Notes under the pieces: generated by a model | What the model saw: the letters and a program-made list of their open reading frames with translations, nothing else | Database searches by the model: none | What the model was told of the DNA's origin: nothing | Shown: positions 50,297-62,289 of the stretch, piece by piece | How the letters are laid out: every line of letters starts with the position of its first letter | Position numbering within the stretch: position 1 is the stretch's first letter | Program-made: the position numbers and the translations under genes | Origin: Mobula hypostoma | Taxonomy: Eukaryota | Assembly: GCF_963921235.1 (NCBI RefSeq) | Contig: NC_086097.1 | Coordinates: 236,904,001-236,968,000, forward strand | Reading direction: 5' to 3' | Length of the DNA: 64,000 nt

Positions 50297-53200
50297 ACAT
50301 GGAAATTGTGGTACATGGTGGTACCAATGACATAGAAGAGAGATATAGGAAATTAGGTAGAAAGCTGAAATAGGAAATAGAAAGAATAGCATAACTTGGC
50401 AAATAAATGGATGGATGAAGAATTGGTGCAGGGGACAGGGATTCAGATTTCTGGATCAGTGAAATCTCTTCTGGGGAAGGTATGAAGTGTACAAAAAGGA
50501 AGGATTACACTTGAACCCAAGGGGGCTCAAATATCCTTCTGGGATGGCTTGGTAGAGCTATTAGGGAGAGTTTGAACTCATTTGGCAAGGGGATGGATAG
50601 GGCTGAAAATGGGGCAGTTGGTATACAAATAGATGCAGTGTGTAGTGAGGCTGTGAAGAAGGACAAGCAGATGAGAGGGCAACACTGCAGTCAGTGGGAT
50701 GAGTTGAAGAGTAACAGGGAGCCAAAATCAAAAAGGGTGATGAATACAGGACTGAAGGTGTTATATTTGAACGCATGCAGATAATGGAATAAGGATTTTG
50801 TAAACAACAGGAATTCTGCAGATGCTGGAAATTCAAGCAACACACATCAAAGTTGCTGGTGAACGCAGCAGGCCAGGCAGCATCTCTAGGAAGAGGTACA
50901 GTCGACGTTTCGGGCTGAGACCCTTTGTCAGGACTAACTGAAGGACTAGCTCTTCCTAGAGATGCTGCCTGGCCTGCTGCGTTCACCAGCAACTCTGATG
51001 TGTGTTGCAAGGATTTTGTATGTAGTTAGAGGTTGGCAGGTATGATGTAGGTATCTGCGAGCAGTGACTAAAAGAAGATCATAGTTGGGAACTTAACATC
51101 CAAGGATATACATTGTATCAAAAGGACAGATGGGTTGACAGACGGGTTGGCAGAGGGGATGGGGTGGCGCAATTGGTTAAAAAAAAAATGAAATCAAATC
51201 ATTAGAAGGGGTTGACGTAGGAGTGGATGATGTAGAAGTCTTGTGGGTAGAGTTAAGAAACTGCAAGGATAAAAAGACCCTGATGGGGTTATAAACAACC
51301 AGGACATGGGATACAAATCATAACAGATTAAAAAAAGCATGTAAAAAGGGCAATGTTGTAATAAACATGACAGATTACAGTATACAGCCAGATTGAGAAA
51401 ATCAGGTTGGTGTTGGTTCACAAGAGAAGGAACTTGTAGAATGCCTAGAAGATGTTTTTTAGAGCAGCTTGTGATTGAGCCCACTAGGGGAATGGCAGAT
51501 CTGAACTGGGTGTTATGTAATGACCCAGGCTTGATTGGGAAGCTTAAGGTAAATGAAACCTTAGGAGGCGGTGATCATAATAAGATAGAATTCAACCGGT
51601 AGTTTGTGAAGGAGAAGCTAAAGTTAGATGGATCAGTATTACAATGGAGTAAAGGCAGTTACAGAGGCATGAGAGGGGAGCTGTCCAAAAGTGATTGCAA
51701 GGGGACACTAGCAGGTATGACTGCAGAACAGCAACAGCTGCTGCTTTTGAGGGAAATTGGGAGGCACAGGAAAGATATATCCCAAAGAGGAAGAAGTATT
51801 CTAAAGGGAGAATGAGGCAATTGTGGCTGACAAAGAAAGTCAAAGACATCATAAAAACAAAAGAGAGAGTATATAATGGAGCAAACATTAGCGGGAAGTT
51901 AGAGGATTGGGAAGCTTTTAAAAACTAACTGAAGGCAAATAAAAATCCCATAAAGAGAGAAAAGTAAAACATGAAAGAAGCTCGCCAATAATATAAAATA
52001 GGATAAAGAAGTTTTATCTGTTATAAAAGGAGTAAAAGAAAGGCAGAAGTGGATATTGTACCGCAGGAAAGTTACGCTGGAGTGGTAGCAATGGGGGACA
52101 AGGAAATGGTAGACAAACTTAAAAAGTATTTTGTATCTGTCTTCACTGTAAAAGACGGTAGCAGGATGCCAAAAATGTCAGAGTGTCAAGAGACAGAAGT
52201 TGAGTGTCATTGCTATTAGTAATGAGAAGATGCTTGGGAAGCTGAAAATTCTGAAGATAGATAAGTCACCCAGACCAGATGGACTACACCCCAGGGTTCA
52301 GAAAGAAGTAGTTGAAGAAACTGTGGAGGCAATAATAATGATCTGTCAAGAGTCACTAGATTCTGGAATTGTTCCTGAGGACCAGAAAATTGCAAATGTC
52401 ACTCCACTCTTCAAGAAGGAGTAAGGCAGAAGGAAAGAAATTCTACGGCAGTTAGCCTGATTTCAGTGGTTGGAAACATGTTGGAGTCTATTAAGGGTGA
52501 GGTTTCAGGATACTTGGAGGAACACTATAAAATAAGCCACACATGAAGTTGCTTAACTAAATAAGAGCCTATGTTATTATGGGAAAAAATGGACAGAAGA
52601 TTGGCTGCCTGGCAGGAAGCAAACAGAAGGAACAAAGTAGACATATTCTGGTTGGCTGCCTATGACTACTGGTGTGCCTCATGAGTTGGTGTTGGGACAG
52701 CTTCCTTCACATTGCATGTCAGTGATTTGGATGAACACATTGATGGCTTTGTGGCTAAGTTTGAGGGCAATATGAAATAAGTGGAAGGGCAGGTCATGCT
52801 GAGGAAGCAGGGTGTCTGCAGAAGGACTTTGAAAGATTGGGGGAATGGGCAAAGAAGTGGCAGATGGAGCATAATGTTCATGCGCTTTGGCAGAAGAATG
52901 AAGGCAAGGATTATTTTCTAAATGGGGAGAAAATTCAAAAATCAGAGGTATAACTTTCAGGTTGAGTCAGTGGTAAGGAAGGCAAAGGCAATGTTGGCAC
53001 TCATTTCAAGAGGACTAGAACACAAAAACAAGGATGTAATGCTGAGGCTTTATTAGGCATTGGTTAACCGGACTTGGAATATTGTGAGCAGTTTTGGGTC
53101 TCTTATCTAAGAAGGGATGTGTTGGCATTGGAAAGGGTCCAGAGGAGTTTCATGAAAATGAGCCGAGGAATACATGGGTTAATATATGAGGAGTTTTGGA

Positions 53201-53595
53201 TGGCTCTAGGCCTGTACACACTGGAGCTTAGAGAAATGAGGGGGGAAACCTATTGAATACTGAAAGCCCTGGATACAGTGGATGTGGAGAGGATGTTTCC
53301 TACAGTGGGGGAGTCCAGGAACAGAGGGCACAGCCTCAAAATTGAGGGATGTCCATTTAGAACAGAGATGAGGAAACATCTCTGTACAACTCTTTGCCAC
53401 TGATGGCTATGCAGGCCAATTCATTGGGTATATTTAAGGCGGAGGCTGATAGTTTCTTGACAAATCAGGGCACCAAATGTTACAGGGAGATGGCAAGAGA
53501 ATAGGGTCGGGAGGGATAATATATCAGCAATGATAGTATGATGGAGCAGACTAGAAGGCCATATGGACTAATTCTGCTCCTGGATCTTATAGTCA
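50297..53595 (+). mobile_element. Old, heavily mutated CR1 (ORF1 end through ORF2 to tail), antisense to CSMD3
   Basis: VVHGGTND ORF1 motif, LKVLYLNA, DKSPRPDGLHPRV, EYCEQFW, and a 3' tail. Confidence 0.88.
50803..51008. mobile_element. Short fold-back PLE derivative with hammerhead motif in the loop
   Basis: 12-bp TSD aaggattttgta (50791-50802 / 51009-51020). 59-bp inverted arms 50837-50895 / 50950-51008 with 1 mismatch. Confidence 0.92.
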
Positions 53596-53599
53596 AATG

Positions 53600-54670
53600 T
53601 ACCAAAATACACTGAAAAAGCTTGTCTTGTGTACTGTTAGTATTGATCAATTCGTCACACAATGCATTCAAGTAGAACAACGTAAAACAATAGCAAATAA
53701 ATATTGTGTAATATCATTTCCAGTACACAGGTGTAGAGCAGAATGAAATAGTTGTTACTCCAGATCCAATGCAACATATAAAATACCCACCAGGATAAAA
53801 AATACAATAATAAAAAGAGAATACAATAAATATAAATGCATTAGATAACTTATATACATAGATTGGTTATCTGTACGGGTGTGTCTGTACATAAGAAAAA
53901 GATAAAGTAGTGGTGGAGGAGTGGGATAATGGGTGGAGGTGTAGATCAGCTTTGCTGCTCGGGGAAAGTAATTTTCGAGTCTGGTGGCCCTGGCGTGAAT
54001 GCTGTGTAGCCTTCTCCCTAATGGGAGTGGGAGCTATGAACACCTGATAAAGTGCAGGGCAAGTAAACGATAAAGTGCAAGATGATAGCAAGGTAGATTT
54101 TTAAAATTCTATGATAATAAAACAAACTGCAGGAAACATCATCTGGTCTGGTTGAGATCAGTTAATTGACCACTTTAGTTGAAGGGAAGTGAAGTGAAGT
54201 CAAGTTTATTGTAATTTAACTATATACAAGTATATAAAATATATAAACAAATAATGTATTAAAAATGAGTCAGGCTGTAAAGCACAGTAATAGACATAAA
54301 ACACATCACACAATAACTTATGAAGGTAAGGATAAAATCTACAGATGAATCTTGCATAAATAACAAACTAAAGTGCATAAATTAAATACTGTAAGGTATA
54401 GAACAGATTAACCAATGACACTTCAAAAGCAATGTTGCTGGGAGTTCAGAAGCCTAACAGCCTGTGGGAAGAAACTGTTTCCCATCCTGACCGTTCTTGT
54501 CATTCTGCATTGGAGACTCCTGCCTGATGGTAGAAAGTCAAAGAAGATGCTGGATGGATGGGTGGGATCCTTGATAATACTGAGGGCCCTGCATAATACC
54601 GTCTGATGCTCGGCTGCTCCCATACCAGATGGAGATGCAGCTTGTCAAGACACTCTCAAAGTGAAACTGC
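53600..54670 (-). mobile_element. Rex1-type 3' fragments
   Basis: ORF 54423-54623 (IIKDPTHPSSIFFDFLPSGRSLQCRMTRTVRMGNSFFP). (aagtg)n tail at ~54188-54205. Confidence 0.75.
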
Positions 54671-54824
54671 AGTGGTGCCATTTTACATGAAGCTAATGTT
54701 CTACACCTATTGACTAGCATGCTTTGAAGGAGTGAGGGAATGAGGGAAAAATGTAAACCACTCAGAAGATGGCTTACGTTTATTTTGTATAAACATGTAT
54801 ATTATATTTTAATATTTTTATATA

Positions 54825-54859
54825 CAGATCTGTGCAAAAGTCTTAGGTATATGTGTGTA

Positions 54860-54940
<81 letters not shown>

Positions 54941-54977
54941 GTATAGCTAGAGTGCCTAAGACTTGTGCACAGTACTG
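54825..54977. mobile_element. Tc1/mariner-like MITE enclosing a microsatellite
   Basis: TA|cagatctgtgcaaaagtcttagg ... gtgcctaagacttgtgcacagtactg|TA, i.e. imperfect ~26-bp TIRs with TA flanks. Confidence 0.7.
54861..54940 (+). repeat. (ATCT)20 microsatellite
   Basis: Perfect tetranucleotide run of 80 bp. Confidence 0.97.
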
Positions 54978-55487
54978 TAGTAATTTTATGTTTTTACAAA
55001 ATTCTGCTGCTGCAGAAAAACATATTTCCTGACATATGTGAATGATGCTTTATGTGATTCTGATATGAGTCTCTACTGTGGACTGAGTGGGAGATAAGAA
55101 TTTCTTAAAATTCTTAAAGATTTTACTTTATGATGTGAAAACTGTCCCAGTAATTTTTTTCACTTTTCCGCTGCTACAGATTTGACTTAACTTCTGGCCT
55201 GAAATGTGGATAAGTGGTACAATCAGCTGTATGTCTGAATCTAATGGATTATACCTCATCATCTGAGATTTGAATGTAAGAGATATGCGTGGAAACTGGA
55301 TTGATTTCACCCTTTCTGGTGTTTTTATGTCTTGCAAGGACACAAACAAATACCAGCCCCCAAAAAATGGGAGACTGGTTAAAAATCAAGGAATGTAACT
55401 TCTGAAAATTTTCTACGGAAGGAATTCATCTTTAATGACACACTTTCCTGACAGAAACTATCACAGAAATAGAGGAACAAATCATAG

Positions 55488-55673
55488 ACACATGAGATTC
55501 TGCAGATTCTGGAAATGCTGAACAACACACACAAAATGCTGGAGGATAAGCAGGGCTGGCAGCATCTCTGAAGGAAAATGAACAATTGACATTTCGAATT
55601 AAGACACTTCGTTAGACCACTGAAACATCAACTGCTCATTTCCCTCCAAAGATGTTGCCTGATCTCCTGATTT
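55488..55673. mobile_element. Old degenerate fold-back PLE pLTR fragment
   Basis: ttctgcagattctggaaat...gcagcatctctgaagg...tttcg, followed by the inverted tgaaacatc...gatgttgcctgatc. Confidence 0.6.
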
Positions 55674-57677
55674 CATAGAAACATAGAAACATAGAAAATA
55701 GGTGCAGGAGTAGGCCATTCGGCCCTTCGAGCCTGCACCGCCATTTATTATGATCATGGCTGATCCTCCAACTCAGAACCCCGCCCCAGCCTTCCCTCCA
55801 TACCCCCTGACCCCCGTAGCCACAAGGGCCATATCTAACTCCCTCTTAAATATAGCCAATGAACTGGCCTCAACTGTTTCCTGTGGCAGAGAATTTCACA
55901 GATTCACCACTCTCTGTGTGAAGAAGTTTTTCGTAATCTCAGTCCTAAAAGGCTTCCCCTTTATCCTCAGACTGTGACCCCTTGTTCTGGACTTCCCCAA
56001 CATCGGGAACAATCTTCCTGCATCTAGCCTGTCCAATCCCTTTAGGATTTTATACGTTTCGATCAGATCCCCCCTCAATCTTCTAAATTCCAACGAGTAC
56101 AAGCCCAGTTCATCCAGTCTTTCTTCATATGAAAGACCTGCCATCCCAGGAATCAATCTGGTGAACCTTCTTTGTACTCCCTCTATGGCAAGGATGTCTT
56201 TCCTCAGATTAGGGGACCAAAACTGCACACAATACTCCAGGTGTGGTCTCACCAAGGCCTTGTACAACTGCAGTAGTACCTCCCTGCTCCTGTACTCGAA
56301 TCCTCTCGTTATAAATGCCAGCATACCATTCGCCTTTTTCACCGCCTGCTGTACCTGCATGCCCACTTTCAATGACTGGTGTATAATGACACCCAGGTCT
56401 CGTTGCACCTCCCCTTTTCCTAATCGGCCACCATTCAGATATTAATCTGTTTTCCTATTTTTGCCACCAAAGTGGATAACTTCACATTTATCCACATTAA
56501 ATTGCATCTGCCATGAATTTGCCCACTTACCCAACCTATCCAAGTCACCCTGCATCCTCTTAGCATCCTCCTCACAGCTAACACTGCCACCCAGCTTCGT
56601 GTCATCCGCAAACTTGGAGATGCTGCATTTAATTCCCTCATCCAAGTCATTAATATATATTGTAAACAACTGGGGTCCCAGCATTGAGCCTTGCGGTACC
56701 CCACTAGTCACCACATGCCATTCTGAAAAGGTCCCGTTTATTCCCACTCTTTGCTTCCTGTCTGCTAACCAATTCTCCACCCACACCAATACCTTACCCC
56801 CAATACCGTGTGCTTTAAGTTTGCACACTAATCTCCTGTGTGGGACCTTGTCAAAAGCCTTTTGAAAATCCAAATATACCACATCCACTGGTTCTCCCCT
56901 ATCCACTCTACTAGTTACATCCTCAAAAAATTCTATGAGATTCGTCAGACATGATTTTCCTTTCACAAATCCATGCTGACTTTGTCCGATCATTTCACCG
57001 CTTTCCAAATGTGCTGTTATCACATCCTTGATAACTGACTCCAGCAGTTTCCCCACCACCGATGTTAGGCTAACCGGTCTATAATTCCCCGGTTTCTCTC
57101 TCCCTCCTTTTTTAAAAAGTGGGGTTACATTAGCCACTCTCCAATCCTCAGGAACTAGTCCAGAATCTAACGAGTTTTGAAAAATTATCACTAATGCATC
57201 CACTATTTCTTGGGCTACTTCCTTAAGCACTCTAGGATGCAGACCATCTGGCCCTGGGGATTTATCTGCCTTCAATCCCTTCAATTTACCTAACACCACT
57301 TCCCTACTAACATGTATTTTGCTCAGTTCCTCCATCTCACTGGACCCTCTGTCCCCTACTATTTCTGGAAGATTATTTATGTCCTCCTTAGTGAAGACAG
57401 AACCAAAGTAATTATTCAATTGGTCTGCCATGTCCTTGCTCCCCATAATCAATTCACCTGTTTCTGTCTGCAGGGGACCTACATTTGTCTTTACCAGTCT
57501 TTTCCTTTTTACATATCTATAAAAGCTTTTACAGTCCGTTTTTATGTTCCCTGCCAGTTTTCTCTCATAATCTTTTTTCCCCTTCCTAATTGAGCCCTTT
57601 GTCCTCCTCTGCTGAACTCTGAATTTCTCCCAGTCCTCAGGTGAGCCACTTTCTCTGGCTAATTTGTATGCTTCTTC
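55674..57677 (-). mobile_element. Young CR1 LINE, 5'-truncated, RT ORF with two nonsense codons
   Basis: ORFs 56442-57887 (CR1 part only up to ~57677) and 55896-56408. Stops at 56442 and 55896. (catagaaa)n tail. Confidence 0.96.
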
Positions 57678-57721
57678 CTGCTGAAGACTCAGTGTTTCAA
57701 GAACAGCTTCTTCCCCACTGC

Positions 57722-58494
57722 AACATACACAGGTCATACACATCAATGGAAGGGAATAAACAGGCAGGACCTTTGAGACAAGTCCTTTCATGAGGACTGG
57801 AAAGGAAGGGAGCAGAAGCCAGAATAAGACGATGGGGAGGGGAGGGGGAGGAGTATAAACTGGAGGGTGGTAGGTGAGACGAGGCAAGGGGAAAGATGGA
57901 AGGATGGGGGGGTGTGAAGTAACTAGCTAGAAAGAGATAGATGGAAGAGGTGAAAGACTGAGGGAAGAAGAAACTCATAGGAGAGAGCAGAGGACCAAAG
58001 GAGAAGGAGAAAGTGGAGGACAACCAGAGGGAAGTGATAGACAGGTGATGAGGAACAAAGAGGTGAGAGGTGACCCAAAATGAGGAATGGAAAAAGAGAA
58101 AGAGAGAGGGCAGAGGATTTCTGTTAATTCTTCCCCCCTCCCTCCTTTCTTTTTTCATTCCTCATTCTGGTTACCCTCTCACGCTCACTGTTCTTACATA
58201 TCCATCACTTCCCTCTGGTTCCCCTCCTCCTTCTCTTTCTTCCACGGTCTACTAATCTCTGCCCTCAGCCTGCTTCTTCAAGAGCCCTTCAGCTCTTCCA
58301 CTTACTCTGCTGCCAGCCTCCTACTCCATCCCACTCCCCCAGCCACCTTCCCCCTCACTTAGTTCCACTTCCCCCTCCCCTACCCTCTTATTCTGGCTTC
58401 TGCCCGCTTCCTCTCAAGTCATGATGAAGAGTCTCCTCCTGAAACGTCAATTGTTTATTCCTCTTCACAGATACTGCCTGACCTACCGAGTTAA
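57722..58494. mobile_element. Old inverted pair of PLE pLTRs
   Basis: Purine-rich arm ~57730-58116 and pyrimidine-rich complementary arm ~58130-58492. Degenerate hammerheads at ~57770-57800 (-) and ~58417-58453 (+). Confidence 0.75.
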
Positions 58495-58585
58495 CATAGA
58501 AACATAGAAAATAAGTGCAGGAGTAGGCCATTCGGCCCTTTGAGCCTGCACCGCCATTTATTATGATCATGGTTGATCATCCAAC

Positions 58586-61500
58586 TCAGAACCCTGCACC
58601 AGCCTTCCCTCCATACCCCCTGATCCCCGTAGCCACAAGGGCCATATCTAACTCCCTCTTAAATATAGCCAATGAACTGGCCTCAATTGTTTCCTGTGGC
58701 AGAGAATTCCACAGATTCACCACTCTCTGTGTGAAGAAGATTTTCCTAATCTCAGTCCTAAAAGGCTTCCCCCTTATCCTCAAACTGTGACCCCTCATTC
58801 TGGACTTCCCCAACATCGGGAACAATCTTCCCGCATCTAGCCTGTCCAATCCCTTTAGGATTTTATATGTTTCAATCAGATCCCCCCTCAATCTTCTAAA
58901 TTCCAACGAGTACAAGCCTAGTTCATCCAGTCTTTCTTCATATGAAAGTCCTGCCATCCCAGGAATCAATCTGGTGAACCTTCTTTGTACTCCCTCTATG
59001 GCAAGGATGTCTTTCCTCAGATTAGGGGACCAAAACTGCACACAATACTCCAGGTGTGGTCTCACCAAGGCCTTGTACAACTGCAGTAGTACCTCCCTGC
59101 TCCTGTACTCGAATCCTCTCACTATAAATGCCAGCATACCATTCGCCTTTTTCACCGCCTGCTGTACCTGCATGCCCACTTTCAATGACTGGTGTATAAT
59201 GACACCCAGGTCTTGTTGCACCTCCCCTTTTCCTAATCGGCCACCATTCAGATAATAATCTGCTTTCCTATTTTTGCCACCAAAGTGGATAACTTCACAT
59301 TTATCCACATTAAATTGTATCTGCCATGAATTTGCCCACTCACCCAACCTATGCAAGTCACCCTGCATCCTCTTAGCATCCTCCTCACAGCTAACACTGC
59401 CGCCCAGCTTCGTGTCATCTGCAAACTTGGAGATGCTGCATTTAATTCCCTCATCCAAGTCATTAATATATATTGTAAACAACTGGGGTCCCAGCACTGA
59501 GCCTGGCGGTACCCCACTAGTCACTGCCTGCCATTCTGAAAAGGTCCCGTTCATTCCCACTCTTTGCTTCACGTCTGCTAACCAATTCTCTATCCACATC
59601 AATACCCTACCCCCAGTACCGTGTGCTTTAAGTTTGCACACTAATCTCCTGTGTGGGACCTTGTCAAAAGCCTTTTGAAAATCCAAATATACCACATCCA
59701 CTGGTTCTCCCCTATCCAGTCTACTAGTTACATCCTCAAAACATTCTATGAGAGTCGTCAGACATGATTTTCCTTTCACAAATCCATGCTGACTTTGTCC
59801 GATGATTTCACCGCTTTCCAAATGTGCTGTTATCACATCTTTGATAACTGACTCCAGCAGTTTCCCCACCACCGACGTTAGGCTAACTGGTCTATAATTC
59901 CATGGTTTCTCTCTCCCTCCTTTTTTAAAAAGTGGGGTTACATTAGCCACCCTCCAATCCTCAGGAACTAGTCCAGAATCTAACGAGTTTTGAAAAATTA
60001 TCACTAATGCATCCACTATTTCTTGGGCTACTTCCTTAAGCACTCTGGGATGCAGACCATCTAGCCCTGGGGATTTATCTGCCTTCAATCCCTTCAATTT
60101 ACCTAACACCACTTCCCTGCTAACATGTATTTCGCTCAGTTCCTCCATCTCACTGGACCCTCTGTCCCCTACTATTTCTGGAAGATTATTTATGTCCTCC
60201 TTAGTGAAGACAGAACCAAAGTAATTATTCAATTGGTCTGCCATGTCCTTGCTCCCCATAATCAATTCACCTGTTTCTGTCTGTAGGTGACCTATATTTG
60301 TCTTTACCAGTCTTTTCTTTTTAACATATCTATAAAAGCTTTTACAGTCAGTTTTTATGTTCCCTGCCAGTTTTCTCTCATAATCTTTTTTCCCCTTCCT
60401 AATTGAGCCCTTTGTCCTCCTCTGCTGAACTCTGAATTTCTCCCAGTCCTCAGGTGAGCCACTTTTTCTGGCTAATTTGTATGCTTCTTCTTTGGAATTG
60501 ATACTATCCCTAATTTCTCTTGTCAGTCACGGGTGCACTACCTTCCTTGATTTATTCTTTTGCCAAACTGGGATGAACAATTGTTGTAGTTCATCCATGC
60601 AATCCTTAAATGCTTGCCATTACATATCCACCGTCAATCCTTTAAGTGTCATTTGCCAGTCTATCTTAGCTAATTCACGTCTCATACCTTCACAGTTATC
60701 CCTCTTTAAGTTCAGAACCTTTGTTTCTGAATTAACTATGTCACTCTCCATCTTAATGAAGAATTCCACCATATTATGGTCACTCTTACCCAAGGGGCCT
60801 CTCACGACAAGTTTGCTAATTTACCCTTCCTCATTGCTCAAAACCCAGTCTAGAATAGCCTGCTCTCTAGTTGGTTCCTCGACATGTTGGTTCAAAAAAC
60901 CATCCTGCATACATTCCAAGAAATCCTCTTCCTCAGCACCTTTACCAATTTGGTTCACCCAATCTACATGTAGATTGAAGTCACCCATTATAACTGCTGT
61001 TCCTTCATTGCACACATTTCTAATTTCCTGTTTAATACCATCTCCGACCTCACTTCTATTGTTAGGTGGCCTGTACACAACTCCCACCAGCGTTTTCTGC
61101 CCCTTAGTGTTATGCAGCTCTACCCATATCGATTCCACATCTTCCCGGCTTATGTCCTTCCTTTCTATTGCGTTAATCTCATCTTTAACCAGCAACGCCA
61201 CCCCACCTCCTTTTCTTTCATGTCTATCCCTCCTGAATATTGAATATCCCTGAACGTTGAGCTCCCATCCTTGGTCACCCTGGAGCCATGTCTCTGTGAT
61301 CCCAACTATATCGTAATCATTAATAACAATCTGCACTTTCAATTCATCCACCTTGTTACGAATGCTCCTTGCATTGACACACAAAGCCTTCAGGCGCTCT
61401 TTTACAACTCTCTTAGCCCTTATACAATTATGTTGAAAAGTGGCCCTTTTTGATGCTTGCCCTGGATTTGTCGGCCTGCCACTTTTACTTTTCTCCTTAC

Positions 61501-61618
61501 TACTTTTTGCTTCTACCCTCACTTTACACCCCTCTGTCTCTCTGCACTCATTCCCATCCCCCTGTTGTGAACTAACCTCCTCTCGCCTAGCCTCTTTAAT
61601 TTGATTCCCACCCCCCAA
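58586..61618 (-). pseudogene. CR1 ORF2p (APE endonuclease + reverse transcriptase) with three in-frame stops
   Basis: NARSI, GITETW, MGDFN, SDHN, LDFQKAFD, KFADD. ORF-track pieces 60821-61618, 60620-60805 and 58586-60265 share one frame. Confidence 0.93.
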
Positions 61619-61623
61619 GCATT

Positions 61624-62289
61624 CTAGTTTAAAGTCACCTCAGTAGCCCTCGCTAATCTCACTGCCAGGATATTTGTCACCCTGGGATTAAAGTGTAACT
61701 CGTCCTTTTTGTACAGGTCACGCCTGCGCCAAAAGAGGTCCCAATGATCCAGAAACTTGAATCCCTGCCCCCTGCTCCAATCCCTCAGCCAAGCATTCAT
61801 CCTCCACCTCATCGCATTCCTACTCTCACTGTCGCGTGGCACAGGCAGTAATCCCGAGATTACTACCTTTACAGTCCTTTTTCTCAACTCCCTTCCTAGC
61901 ACCCTATATTCTCCTTTCAGGAACTCTTCCCTTTTCCTACCTATGTCATTGGTACCTATATGTACCACGACCTCTGGCTCCTCACCCTCCCACTTCAGGA
62001 TATCTTGGACTCGATCAGAGATATCCTGGACCCTGGCACCAGGGAGGCAAACTACCATCCGGGTCTCTGAACTGCGTCCACAGAATCGCCTATCTGACCC
62101 CCTTACTATCGAGTCCCCTATCACAACTGCCCTCCTCTTCCTTTCCCTACCCTTCTGAGCAACAGGGCCAGACTCTGTGCCGGAGGCACGGCCACTGTCG
62201 CTTCCCCCGGGTAAGCTGTCCCCCCCAACAGTACTCAAACAGGAGTACCTGTTGTTAAGGGGCACAGCCACCGGGGTACTCCCCATCAC
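61624..62289 (-). pseudogene. CR1 ORF1p SGNH/GDSL esterase domain
   Basis: Blocks GDS, G, GTND and D-x-x-H, typical of CR1 ORF1 esterases. Confidence 0.9.

Noticed and set aside
54740..54946. ORF with (LSIY)n repeat
   Set aside because: Translation of the (ATCT)n microsatellite.
57678..57887. Proline-rich, hydrophobic N-terminal extension of the 481-aa RT ORF, suggesting a signal-peptide fusion gene
   Set aside because: Chance read-through from an adjacent PLE pLTR into a 5'-truncated CR1, and the RT itself has nonsense codons.
55674..60490. Apparent tandem duplication or assembly artefact of ~2 kb
   Set aside because: The two CR1 copies have private substitutions, different 5' ends and different flanks, consistent with independent insertions.
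60477..61253. 258-aa plus-strand ORF and other repeated antisense ORFs (e.g. MPPKWITSH..., MNLLCTPS...)
   Set aside because: Antisense shadows of CR1 ORF2. They recur only because the CR1 copies are near-identical.
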